A stretch of DNA of 64,000 bases from Octopus sinensis (taxonomy: Eukaryota): contig NC_043016.1 in the NCBI RefSeq assembly GCF_006345805.1, forward strand, positions 3,906,001-3,970,000. Direction: 5' to 3'. The notes under the pieces are model-generated. The model saw only the letters and a program-made list of their open reading frames with translations, had not been told where the DNA came from and did no database searches. The number at the start of each line of letters is the position of its first letter. Position 1 is the first letter of the stretch. This document shows positions 1 to 12,971 of the stretch, in pieces. Made by a program: the position numbers and the translations under genes.

Positions 1-772
1 CATTTATATTCAGCTGAAAATAAAAAATGCACAACGATGTATTAGGAGAATATAGGATGGCGCTCTTCAGTTTTTATGTTACGGCCAAATTGATAGTATA
101 TAACTGAAACGTATAAAAGAATAAAAGAATAATCCAATTAAAATATTTTATAGCAACACACCCGAGTCCTCCCTTGCATCAGTGATAAAGATTATGAATT
201 TAAAATATTTATATTCCAATTAAAATTCACTAGCATAACTTTATGTAAAAATTACCGTTCTATTACTAATAAATTTACTAAACTCCATTTTGCTGATTTT
301 AAAAGTTAATTAAAATACATAAATTGTATTTCATAAGAATTATAGTCACAAATGGGTTATTTGCTTAACATATGTTTATGTACAAGTAGTTTACTGTTAG
401 TGAAGATTTTCTGACTTTAGTTTATCATTTAGCAGCAGTGAAGAGATAAGCAAAATCTTTAGACTGTCCTCAGGGAATGTATATTTTATTTGAAAGACAG
501 TAGGTTTATATTTTGACAACCAATGAAAAGGATGTGCCTGGTGCTAATGTGACAGAATTTTGGCTACTACTAAAATTACTGAGTTCCTATTTTCTTAATA
601 TGTCAGAAAAAGAATATGTAAACAACAACATTAAAAAAGAAAAAAGAACATGTTTGACACTCTAGCGAAACTGTGAGGTATTAATCAGGTGCTGAGCTAT
701 GAGTTCATAGCATCTTATAGTGGAAACAGCTATAAGCTAACCAAATTCATAAGATAATCGATTATTCCTTTT

Positions 773-865
773 CCATCCATCCATCCATCCATCCATCCAT
801 CCATCCATGCATCCATCCATCCATCCATCCATCCATCCATCCATCTATCTATCTATCTATCTATC

Positions 866-922
<57 letters not shown>

Positions 923-925
923 ATT

Positions 926-967
<42 letters not shown>

Positions 968-968
968 A

Positions 969-1034
<66 letters not shown>

Positions 1035-1050
1035 TTATCTATCTATCTAT
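773..1050. repeat. Compound tetranucleotide microsatellite (CCAT)n-(CTAT)n-(CTGT)n
   Basis: Directly visible tandem 4-mers; explains ORF 807..1070. Confidence 0.97.
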
Positions 1051-1051
1051 T

Positions 1052-1760
1052 TGCTGTCAACACCCGTTAAAAGGAGGACTGGGCATGCCGTGGTTGATGA
1101 TGCGCAGACACGCGCTGAGACAGCGACATCTCTGGCTCTATGTAGACGACGGTGAACATGTGTGGTCGCCGTTTGTGAGGCGCGCTTTCCCGCAACTCGT
1201 CTCCATGACCGAACTGCAGTCGTGGATCAAAAAGAGGCCGAGGAAGGGCGAATGGCACCGCGAGTGTCGCGTTGCTCTCAAGCAACTCTGCCGTCCCGGG
1301 TCGACCTTGTGTGATTCCAACACAGCCAAAGCATTCTATAGGTGATTAGTGGAGGGGAGGTACGACGACAATCTTGGGGCGAACCTGGGCGTCGACGAGG
1401 AACACCTGACCCGCCTGTTTGAGACAACTTTCGGGCCAGGGCCCATGGACAACTTCCAGAGATCCCTGGCCTGGCAGTGCTACCGAGAAGCGCTACCCAT
1501 TCGGGATAAGCTCTACAGACACCGCTCGAGAAACACGGGGCCGGCCTGCCCGAGATGCGGTCAGAGCGACGAAACCGTTCTGCACGCACTCGCACAGTGT
1601 CCAACAATTTCCGACCTGTGGGCTTATGTCGAACAACTGCTGTCACGTGTGGGACGAGTCGGTTTATCAGCTGAGTCTATCTTCAATATTGTCACGCCTC
1701 CTTCCTTCAAACGGGAAGGAAGAGCTATTTTCATCATCCCTGTGGCTATGGCACAGGGTA
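1052..1760 (+). mobile_element. Tx1/L1-clade LINE ORF2 3' fragment (zf-RVT zinc knuckle), disrupted
   Basis: GC-rich island; ORFs 1085..1345 and 1349..1933 are in frame across TGA TAG; motif WQCYREALPIRDKL...CPRCGQSDETVLHALAQCP matches the C-terminal CCHC region of L1/Tx1 ORF2. Confidence 0.85.
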
Positions 1761-1801
1761 TTATGTATGTATGTGTGTATGTATGTGTGTACGTATGTAT
1801 G

Positions 1802-1835
<34 letters not shown>

Positions 1836-3715
1836 TGTATGTGATGTATGTATCTCTCTCTCCCCCTCTCTTTATACAAGCCCCCATATATATATATATA
1901 TATATATATACGCACATATACACATGCAGGTAAGTATAAATCCCTATATATGTCCATCACATGTCTGTGTCTAAGCTCGTGTCTAGTAACTTAGAAGCCC
2001 CATGCATTAAAATTAATACACAATAATTGCTGGGGTAGATTTGATCGACCAAACCCTTGAATACTACTACATCTTACCCCACAGTATAATGAGAGAAAGT
2101 AGGAGAAAAAAGTAACAGAAAGTGGAATAATGCTACCATCAAATCATCAAATATCAGACGATAAATCAAATAGTGAACTAAATCTAACTCAGGTGTGTAC
2201 CTATTACCAGGCTATCAAGTTCTTTCGTTAATCACTATAAACGAGAAATCTGTTACATCATAATCTTTTTTCAGTTTCATTTATTTTTGTTTTTACTTGT
2301 TGCAGTCTAGTCTTCAGGTTGCGGTGCATATCAAAACAGCGAAAATGAAGTTTAATCACAGTATATAAGCATGTAACTGGTACATGTTTTATCGACATCA
2401 GAACGTTGATATATGAAGTTAACTTTGGCAGGATTTCAATTTGTCTTACAAAAAAAAAAAAAAAAAAAAAAAAAATCCTAGTCATGTACCGAGGTTGAAT
2501 GGTTTAATTAGTTACACTCCTTATTTATAAATTTGTGGCCTTGTGCCAAGATGAGACGCGATTATTTGTTCTCAGACCTAGTTTTGTTTTTTATTGACTA
2601 GACATGCTTCCTTGCTAAGCATATTAAGACCTCCACAGTGTGAGCCTGCAATTAATTTTCAGTCAATTGAGGCATTTAAACGAATAGGTTCCGCAGGCTG
2701 CACCTCTAATATCAGCATTCATGCATATTTGGCAGCTATTTTATAGTTCAAAGAAACCACCACCCCTAATCGCCCCACTAATACTAACAAAAGCAGCAGC
2801 AGCAGCAAGAACAACAACAACAACAACAACAGTACTGCTAATGTCACTGTTACTGCTGCTGCTGCTCGTTCTGTATGTTCTCTTCATTCTCGTTCTCACT
2901 TTCTCACTTTACGTTCTCTTTTATCTTCGTGTCTTCTCTAATTCTCTCTTTCCCTCTCCGCTTCTTTCCTACCCTTTCCCATTTACTCACGACTGCCTTC
3001 TCGTTCGCTCACATTCTCTCTAAACTGTCTCTGTTTTCTCTCGACATCAGCAGAGGTGGGTTTCACTTACAAAACATAAACAATAACACAGGGAGGGCTA
3101 CTACTCAGCTGTTTCGACTGCACGAAACCTACACATACTCATATTAACCGTGCTATTTCGTAGTGCAATGATGTATCATAACAAACACAGTAACAGAAGC
3201 AACAATTTATTTCTATCCGTCTCTTAGTACGTGTGTATGAAAATATACGCATGCATGCATATGTATGTATGTATGTGGGAGAGAGATAGAATGTATATAG
3301 ATATGTGAGCATATTTATAAGAATGCATATGTATGTATGTTTGTATTTACGCTATGTGTGCTATGCCTCGATGTGTGTGTATATATTTGTGACATTGTGT
3401 ATGTGTGTGTATATATTTGTGACATTGTGTGAACCCATGTACGTATATATGTTACTACGCATGTACGTCAATATGTATGAATGCATGTATGTATGTTTAA
3501 CTAAGAATATGCTATAGTATGATAGATGTGGCAGGAGTAATAGCTTGCGTATGAATGAGTACATAGTTAAGTATATGTATTTAGGTTTATGTATATATCT
3601 GCATGCACAATAATATACGTCATATGTAAATAATTTCAACTATACGTATGCTCATGTAGCTTCTTTCCCACATGTGCAAATACTTCACATGAAATTATAT
3701 GTAAATAATATTTCA

Positions 3716-4089
3716 TCGTCATGGCATTTCGTCGGTTGCGACGACGAGGGTTCCAGTTGATCTGATCAACGGAACAGCCTTCTCATGAAATTAACGTGCA
3801 AGTGACTGAGCAATCCACAGACACGTGTACCCTTAACGTATTTCAGCGTGACACAGAGTGTGACAAGGCTGGCCCCTATGAAATACAGGTACATTAGAAA
3901 GAGGAAGAAAGAGTGAGAGAAAGTTGTGGTGAAAGAGTACAGAAGGGTTCACCACTACGCCCTGCCGGAGCCTCGTGGAACTTCAGATGTTTTCGCTCAA
4001 TAAACACTCACAACGCTGTATGGGATTCGAAGCCGCAATCCTATGACCGCGAGTCCGCTTCCCTAACCACTGGGCCATTGCGCCTGCAC
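3716..4089 (-). mobile_element. tRNA-derived SINE
   Basis: Minus-strand head with A box TGGCCCAGTGG and B-box-like GGCTTCGAATCC; a related body fragment lies at ~63040-63150. Confidence 0.8.
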
Positions 4090-4222
4090 AAATAATATAT
4101 AAATGTGTGTGTGTTGTGTGTGTATACATAAATACATACATACATACATACATACATACATACATACATACATACATACATACATACATACATACATACA
4201 TACATACATACATACATACATG

Positions 4223-4261
<39 letters not shown>

Positions 4262-4379
4262 CATACACACATACACACACACATACACACGTATAATCGA
4301 TATAGAAAATGAAAAGGCAAAACGCATTTGAGATCACTCGGAAAACATATTTAAATAGAGAATATAAACAGATGGAGTC

Positions 4380-4463
4380 TCTTACAGCTGTTTCTAGAAG
4401 AGCCAACGATGTGGACCATGATATTGAATAGATTTCAACAGTTACGTATTTCGTCATCAGAGA
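4380..4463 (-). ncRNA. Minimal type I hammerhead motif with long, degenerate stem II
   Basis: Minus: tct CTGATGA [long insert] GAAA CAGCTG TA aga; 3-bp stem I, palindromic stem III; same stem I/III as 21853-21906. Confidence 0.55.
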
Positions 4464-4522
4464 GAGAGGGAGAGAGAGATAGAGAGAGCGAGAGAGAGAC
4501 AAAGAGAGAGAGAGAGAGAAAG

Positions 4523-4589
<67 letters not shown>

Positions 4590-4724
4590 CCCCAGAAGAT
4601 ATAGAAATGAAGAATACACCCCATCGAAGATATATGTAGTTTCCAGTTTGTCGAAACATGAATGAACTTTTTTTTATATTATATTATATATATTATATAA
4701 TATATTGTGTGTGTGTGTGTGTGT

Positions 4725-4801
<77 letters not shown>

Positions 4802-4803
4802 CT

Positions 4804-4858
<55 letters not shown>

Positions 4859-5655
4859 CGTAAATGGACACACATGCACGTATATGTGTGTATAAATACA
4901 CGCTAACATATACATACACTTTGAACAGAAGAAACTTATACAGCAAACGTGCATACAATCACATTAACAACGGCAGACATACACTCGTAAAGTAGAAGCA
5001 AACTCAGCCGTGAACATACGTGTATGTCGGTCTGCAAATATATTTGTGTGTCCACGTGTCTGTTAGTTTGCTGATGCGCCAGTAGGGCTTTACCGTGTGG
5101 ATGGTCAGCAATGGGGCGAAATAACCCTCTTCGCATACGACAAAAACAAATTCCTTTTTCAGGAATCCGACGTGCTGCGGTACGTTCTCTGTTTCTTACC
5201 TTGCTACATCGGACGCCCTTAACGCAGAGCAGAGGAAGATAAACAAATACAAGAACCTAACCGATTTCTGCTGAGACCTCAGATGTTCTCGGACTCAGCA
5301 CTGCTGATTTCCTCCGCAAAATCGGGATAACTGTGGCACATCTGAGAAAGAAGCCCCGCGATGTGGGGTAGCTGTTGCGTCGAATGTCGCTAACCTTTCT
5401 CTACGACAATATTTTGTAATGAAGGTGGTTCATATGAAATGATTTCACAAGAACTACTAGAAGCTTTGAACACACACTGAAATGCACGCATAAAAACACG
5501 TGCACACAAACGTTTCGTAGAAATACTCATTTACTTTCTTTTCTCTGTTCTCTTTCACTGGTTGTCACTCTTTCTAAAGCCTTTTAAATTCATTTCAATC
5601 AGTGATATTCTTGTTTTTTTAAAGAATATTAAGCGCGCGCACACACACAAGCGCG

Positions 5656-5688
<33 letters not shown>

Positions 5689-6884
5689 CACACACACACA
5701 CACACACACGCACTTGCTACGATGCACACAACTACATATTTATTTACATGTTCCCCCTTTCGGTTTAGCCTTTTAGCGTTGAATCAATAAGGGAGCACCT
5801 ACACTGTTGCTTGACGTGCAAGAAATAGATGTTAAATCCTGTTCACTTCACAACCAGCTGATAAATGTATATTATATACACACGTCTGAGTATATGTTTA
5901 CACAAACATACACAGACGTATACATACATACGTATATAGATACGCACATAAATGCAACAATGTATATATGTATGTATATACGCATAAACATACATACATC
6001 CGTGCACACACATATACATACACATATTGGCACACAGACATTCACACACATATATGCGTACATATATAGGCATACACTCATATGTACAAATCCGTATATG
6101 TACGCATACATATGTACTAATATATTAAATGTGTATACACATACATTTATATACACGCACACAAGATATATTACTTGACTTCATCGCGCAAACGATGGCA
6201 CCATTACAAGTTGTTCGACTCTAGATGCATACCAGGGACATTTTTAAAATTTTATTTGTTAATAAAAATAAATCTTGGAGTCCGCGTTAAGCATTACTGC
6301 ATGTTGGATCTGGCCCGGAGACTGTGTTTTGGCCCTGCTCTAAACCATACTGCAAAATAGTCACTCAAATTTTCCTCTTCCCACAACTCATTCTTTTTTC
6401 CCCTACTCATTACCCTATAAAAGTCGAATTAAAATCTACAACACAAGGCTAAAACCTTTCTCACACACACAAATGAATATAAAATTTACATCTTTTTGCA
6501 ATATCTGCTTCTAAGCTTAACTAGCAACACTAGAAATCCTGATCAATAATTACAATAATAATAATTCGTATAGATCTTTGACATGTGGGTGAACGTCTAT
6601 GTTTTAATCTTTTAATGATTGTTTAATATTCCTGGATATGTCAATTTTGAAGTAATGATCTATAATCACAAAAAGATTAAAGCCTTAATCATGCACACAC
6701 ACACACACACATGTATTCAAACATGTAAGGATATGTGTGCATTCATATATGTTATAGCATATACACAGGTATGTATACATGTATACATATATAAAATTAG
6801 TATAATGTGGTATAGTTTTGTTTTTTGTCCGTTCACCACAACAGAACTGATATCCTAAGATCAAGGTGTTACGTAAAAGGCACT

Positions 6885-7135
6885 GGTGTAAGCGCTGGTG
6901 TCACGTGAAAATCACTGGTACTGCCATCACTTAAGAAAACACTGGTGCTGAAGCCACGTAAAAATCACGCAGTACACTATGTAGAGTGGTTGGTATTAGG
7001 AAGGGCATTTGGCTGTAGAAACTAAGCAAAAACAGACGAGGGAACCTGGTGCGGCCCCTGGCCTTGCCAGTTCCTGTCAAGCCGTCCAACCCAAGTTAGC
7101 ATGGAAAGCGGACGTTAAATGGTGATGGTGGTGAT
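6885..7135 (+). mobile_element. SINE/LINE 3' tail fragment (RTE-type tail) with short tandem subrepeats
   Basis: Repeated cacgtaaaa.gcactggtg units, then ...aacccaagttagcatggaaagcggacgttaaatg(gtg/atg)n tail; assignment from recalled family style. Confidence 0.55.
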
Positions 7136-8426
7136 ACTGATCCTGATGATAATGAAGGTATATATATTTATATATATATAATATATATATATATACATAT
7201 ATCAATTGTAAATGTCATCTTTACCGCTACATTCCTAACTCACTTGTTTTTGATAAGAGAGTAACAGCTTTACAATTTTTTTATCATGATTCATTTGGAG
7301 ACTGTTAACTGTCTTTGACTCATGAATCATTGTTAGTATTGTTACTTTAAGATGGGATCTTTTTGAGCAATGTTCACTGTATAAGTAGCGTGAAATATCA
7401 CATTGGTTCGTGACTGATTTTGATGACGATGATTGACATTTGATATAATTGCACAAATAAATAATCATACACATTATACACTCTTCTCTTTGTAGAAAAC
7501 TGAAGGCAAATATATTTGGTGTACTTTATGTAACCAGTCTTTTACAGCTGCAATGCATTTTGATGCATTTTCTTTTTTTTTGTTATTCCAACTTTACCTC
7601 ATGAAGTGTGGACCTAAAATTATGTTCCCTACGTATTAAAGATGAGGTCACGCTATACTCCTAGAGCGTAATGAGAAGGCATTTTTGGTTGTAGGTACGA
7701 TTTCGATTTTAGATGTTTACATAGAAGCATTTGCCTTCTTGATGTGGGGGATGTCTTTATTACGTCTAGCTTTGTGTGAATGCTAGTGTGGCAGAAATTA
7801 GAACAGATGGATAGATATAAATCTAGGTTGACAGGTAGATTGCTTGGTAAGTAGCTAGATTGGTAAGGATATGTACACACACACTCACACACGCAAACAT
7901 ATGTATATGCCTATATAGGTATACTCTCATATACACATACATATATGTATGTATATATTTGTGGAGAAGGAAAGAAAAAGAAAATGATATAACCGGGGGA
8001 TACACAATGAAATCTATTATTTATGGTTTTGTGTAAATATTAATGTGAAAGTACAAATGACAGTCAATAGTTTGTAAGACTAGCAGCCGATAAGTCGCTG
8101 GTTCGTATTTTGTTACTGACAGAGTTGTCATGAATTCAGACTGATACTTCTCAAACACTTATCATCAATAGGGCCAAGAGGAAAATATCTTAGGAGAGTA
8201 TACTGCAGTAGCATTTCACATACGTAATAGAATGAGTTGAAAAACTTCTATTAATTAAAACTATTCCCGCAATTGAGGCAAATCCTTTTCTAAAGAAGTC
8301 CTAACAATCCAAGAACAAGGGAGATAACCGCTCAGCTGCAAAAATGTACGTAGAAAGAACAATGTACCGAGAGTAACGTATCTCTGTTAAATTGACAACT
8401 TGCCAATCACTGTATTGGATAATATA

Positions 8427-8482
<56 letters not shown>

Positions 8483-9580
8483 AACTCGAATGTATGTATC
8501 TGTATAAGTTTATTAGTTAAAATCGGGATTGAAGTTTGAAGAATAAGTTCAGTGGAATAACACCATCCTCTCCATCCGCCTACCAACCTATGTTCTGTTT
8601 GTATAAAACACAAGTGAAGTAGTTGTTTTTATAATTGTTGATTTAATATAAAAATTGCAGTTTGTGTTGGAAATTTAAGGTAGATTCATTTTTAATAAGG
8701 AAGCCTGGTATTTTGTGTCAGCTTACCTTGGCGGATTATACATGCCAGAGTTTCGCGTGCATATATATATTTATAAAAATAATCTATTTACAATTCATGT
8801 CTTATAACACATTATTTTATATAAACACCGTTTTTTTTTGTAATTAACCATGTCATAATCATCTAAGCTACAGCTTTTGTGCTTGTAAAAGAATTATCGT
8901 GTTGGACAGATAATCGGCAGTTCTCATCGCACATATCACTCCACTGCTTGCTTTTGGAAATGTAAAAATTTTTAATCTGCCTAGAGATTGTGTCGAAAAA
9001 GGTTATGTATTGGACAAGATTTAAAGCACTGAGGACATTGTTAAAAGTACTGTTTTTCTTTGGCCAATGATCTTAATTCCTTCAAGTATTACTTAGGAAA
9101 GAAGGTGAGGCAAAGAAGCTGTCGCTAGCGATTCGTCTTAATCTTAATATGTGCCTGTAAACAGAATACGGAAGCTTTGAGAGGCTACTTGCCCTTCAAG
9201 GTAATCTTGGATCTGTGGCAAGTGATTACTTGATTGGGCATGAGAGCGTATATTCATATTTAGATGGATCGGTTCATTTCTTTTATCGTGTTGAGTTCTG
9301 AGTTTTTTTGTTGTTTTACCCCAACCAACTATAAATCAACGGATTTATAATTTTCCCTTGTAAAGTACCCTCATTCACTGCTCTTTTGACAAATATATAA
9401 TAGTGAATACTGTGAGTGATAGTGTAATGAACATGGAGTTACTACGCTGTGCTGCATTATTTTTATACGGGCAATACGATATACTTACGGATACGTTATA
9501 CGTTTTAGAGACGCGTAAGTCACTAAATAATAATTTCTTTATTAGTCACGCAGGGTTTAATTAACTAAATGATATATATA

Positions 9581-9631
<51 letters not shown>

Positions 9632-9792
9632 ATACGCCTTAGAGAAGGAAACGTTTATTAAATAATATGTATATTACACACACATTTATATATGTACACA
9701 TACCCCACATATATACACATCCATGTATATAACTACATGTGAATCGTTGGCGATTTATTCCTCCGTCTTCCTTTTCTATTGGACTTTCCTCT

Positions 9793-9824
9793 GTTTCTGA
9801 AGAAGCTTTGCTCGAAACGTTAAC
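9793..9824 (+). ncRNA. Minimal type I hammerhead motif (Penelope-type)
   Basis: gttt CTGAAGA agctttgctc GAAA CG TT aac; same family as 51675-51709. Confidence 0.6.
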
Positions 9825-9858
9825 CATCTTGCTTGTTTTTTTTTTGTGTTTTTTGCGT

Positions 9859-9917
<59 letters not shown>

Positions 9918-10258
9918 GATGTGTATGTATGCGTGGGTATATATGCATGTATGTGGTGTGTGCGTTGTGATGTGTGGTACCTATTTTATCGACCACAGGA
10001 AAATGAAATTGCCGTTTCGAGTTCGGTGGACACGAATTTCTAAAAGTAAGAGTCAGAGTCAAACTCAACTGAATGTCGTTCGACGCTCCGTCTACCTATT
10101 GACCGCTCCTTTTACTGTAACATGATCCATGTAAGAACTATCTAGTATGATATCAAGGATAGATAAATGATAGCGAAAACTTTCGTAAGACTTTTTCCGA
10201 TAGCAGCGAATTTGTAGTTATTTTCGTTCTCAAAGTGTCTCGTACGTTTTTCGAAGTA

Positions 10259-10588
10259 AGGTGCATGCTTCAGTGGTTAGAGCGTAGAGCTTACGACCGT
10301 GTGGTTGAGAGTTCAAATCCCGGACCGGGCCGCGTGCTGTGTTCTAGAGCAAGACACTTTATTTCACGTTGCTCCAGTTCACTCAGCTGTAGAAATGAGT
10401 TGCGACTTCACTGGTGCCAAGTCGTATCGGCCTTTGCCTTTCCCTTGGATAACATCAGTGGTGCGGAGAGGGGAGGCTGGTATGCATAGGCGACTTTTGG
10501 CCTTCCACGAACTACCTTGCCCGGACTTGTGGCTCGGAGAGTAACTTTTTCGGTGGAATCCTACGGTCATCCGTGACCGAAAAGGGTT
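10259..10588 (+). mobile_element. tRNA-derived SINE
   Basis: A-box-like CAGTGGTTAGAGC and B box GTTCAAATCC; a 5'-truncated copy is at 28341-28587. Confidence 0.85.
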
Positions 10589-10593
10589 TCCAG

Positions 10594-11172
10594 GGCAGCG
10601 AGCTGGCAGAAACGCTAGCACGCCGGACGAAATGCTGAGCGGTATTTCGTCTGCCGTTACGTTCTGAGTTCAAATTCCTCCGTGGTAGACTTTGCTTTTC
10701 ATCCTTTCAGGGTCGATAAATAAAGTACCAGTTACGCACTGGGGTCGATATAATCGACTTAATCCGCTTGTCTGTCCTTGTTTGTCCTCCCTGCGTTTAG
10801 CCCCTTGTGGGTAGTAACGAAATAGGTATTTCGTTTGTCTTTACGTTCTGAGTTCAAATTCCGCTGAGGTGGACTTTGCCTTTCATCGTTTCGGGGTCGA
10901 TAAATTAAGTACCAGTTACGCACTGGGGTCGATATGATCGACTTAATCCGTTTGTCTGTCCTTGTTTGTCTTCCCTGTGTTGAGCCCCTTGTGGGTAGTA
11001 AAGAAATAGGTATTACGTCTGTCTGCACGTTCTGAGTTCAAATTCCGCTGAGGTGGACTTTGCCTTTCATCGTTTCGGGGTCGATAAATTAAGTACCAGT
11101 TGTGTACTGGCATCGATCTAATCGACTAGCCCCTTCACCAAAAATTTCGGGCCCTGTGCTTAGAGTAGAAAA
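10594..11172 (+). mobile_element. SINE with three tandem ~180-bp internal units (Meta-like core)
   Basis: Three repeats of gttctgagttcaaattcc...gactttgcctttcatc.tttcggggtcgataaattaagtaccag; single-unit copies at 38725-38938 and 63340-63480. Confidence 0.85.
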
Positions 11173-11442
11173 ATACATTTTTCGAAGTAATATCCGTTGT
11201 AGTTTCTCTCCTTTTACTTTTTAAATACTGCGATTTCAGTTTCAGTTCTTGACTAATCTTAATTTCTACCGACTAAATCCATTGGATTGGAATGACATTC
11301 AGGACATTTTGTGTAGTTATGTTGGGATCAGGATGATAAAGTCAAGCATTCTTATCTGGGCACCGTATGACCTTGTGCAAGGTAATGTATTTTCTTAGCT
11401 TCAGTTCCTCAACCAGCCCGGTGCTGCTGCATCTCAGACACA

Positions 11443-11484
<42 letters not shown>

Positions 11485-11558
11485 CACCCACACACACCAC
11501 ATTCACACACACACATATATATAGGAATGGCATAGGCCCAGAAGTGGCTGTGTGGCAT

Positions 11559-11997
11559 AGGCGCAGGAGTGACTGCATAGTAAGTAGCTTGCTTACCAAC
11601 CACATGGTTCCTGGTTCAGTCCCACTGCGTGGCAAGTGTCTTCTGCTATAGCCTCGGGCCGACCAAAGCGTTATGAATGGATTTGGTAGACGGAAACTGA
11701 AAGAAGCCCGTCGTATATATATGTACATATATATATATATATATAGATGTGTGTGTGTGTATGTGTGTGTGTGTGTGTGTGCGTTTGTGTTTGTGTGTGT
11801 GTCTGTGTTTGTCACCCCATCATCGCTTGACAAGCAATGCTGGTGTGTTCATGTCCTCGTAACTTAACGGTCCGGCAAAAGAGACCGATAGAATAAGTAC
11901 TAGGCTTACAAAGAATAAGTCTTGGGGTCGATTTGCTCGACAAAAGGTGGTTCTCCAGCATGGCCGCATTCAAATGACTGAAACAAGTAAAAAAATA
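11559..11997 (+). mobile_element. CORE-like tRNA SINE with internal (TA)n(TG)n microsatellite
   Basis: B box GGTTCAGTCCC, ggcaagtgtcttct core, internal microsatellite, tail ...gactgaaacaagtaaaa; several copies in the window. Confidence 0.85.
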
Positions 11998-12127
11998 AAA
12001 GAATATACATTTATATTGGTTTTACGCACACACACACACACGAACACAAACCCATACACTCACAAACACAAGCACACACACATATATACATCCATATATG
12101 CGTATATTCATATATGTATATGTATGC

Positions 12128-12206
<79 letters not shown>

Positions 12207-12210
12207 ATAT

Positions 12211-12313
<103 letters not shown>

Positions 12314-12317
12314 TATA

Positions 12318-12868
12318 TGGTGGCTGCCCCTCGTTATCGAGTATGGCTATTGCACGAAGCTTAATCAATGTTGTTATGGTGCAATGCCTGTGCAAGAGAT
12401 TCTTTTTAAAGTGAGGAAAGGCTGTGCACCGAGTCAATTCCACTCACTAAGCAACAGTAGCCATAATCCGAAAATAAGACAAGTCAACATCATCGGTAAC
12501 CACTGAGCCGTAGGTTTTATGTCGGAGTTATCTCAGTTACCTGAATTACCTTCTCCTAGAAGGAAGCCCTAACAAAGGCTAGGAGTCCTTCACTCCCAAT
12601 GGTTTAATCGCGCGATCGGGTATTCAGTCCGATTATTTCTATGTCCCTGCTAAGATACAGCCTTAAGACATTTATTGGATGGCCGTTGACTCGCAAGCGT
12701 TCCTCCGCCCTTTGACGGGTTTTGTTTTTCATCCCGCAGGGTGTCCAATAAACACCCTTCTCACAAAGCGAGCTTGGTGGGGTTGCCGGTTTACTCATCG
12801 ACGACCCGACCATGTAACAGGTTGTACTGGGCTACATGTTACCAGTAGCACTCGAAAGTGACCTGACA
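12318..12868 (-). mobile_element. ~550-bp non-coding interspersed element in (TA)n, possibly RTE-derived
   Basis: GC-richer block bounded on both sides by (TA)n; the minus-strand end ...ctcgataacgaggggcagccacc resembles RTE-type 3' ends (recollection, unverified). Confidence 0.5.
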
Positions 12869-12926
12869 TATATATCATATATATATATGCATATATACAT
12901 GCATATATGTACTATTAAATCTATAC

Positions 12927-12969
<43 letters not shown>

Positions 12970-12971
<2 letters not shown>

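Noticed and set aside
2240-2476. Processed pseudogene ending in poly(A)
   Set aside because: No recognisable ORF, polyadenylation signal or TSD.
4010-4089. tRNA genes at SINE heads (also 10259, 47990, 54243)
   Set aside because: A and B boxes are present, but there is no complete cloverleaf and they continue into repeated SINE bodies.
10640-11172. CRISPR-like array
   Set aside because: Whole units repeat with no unique spacers; eukaryotic SINE context with no cas genes.
12700-12868. HDV-like ribozyme at the 5' end of the RTE-like element
   Set aside because: I could not fit the P1/P1.1/P3 nested double pseudoknot or the L3 motif by eye.
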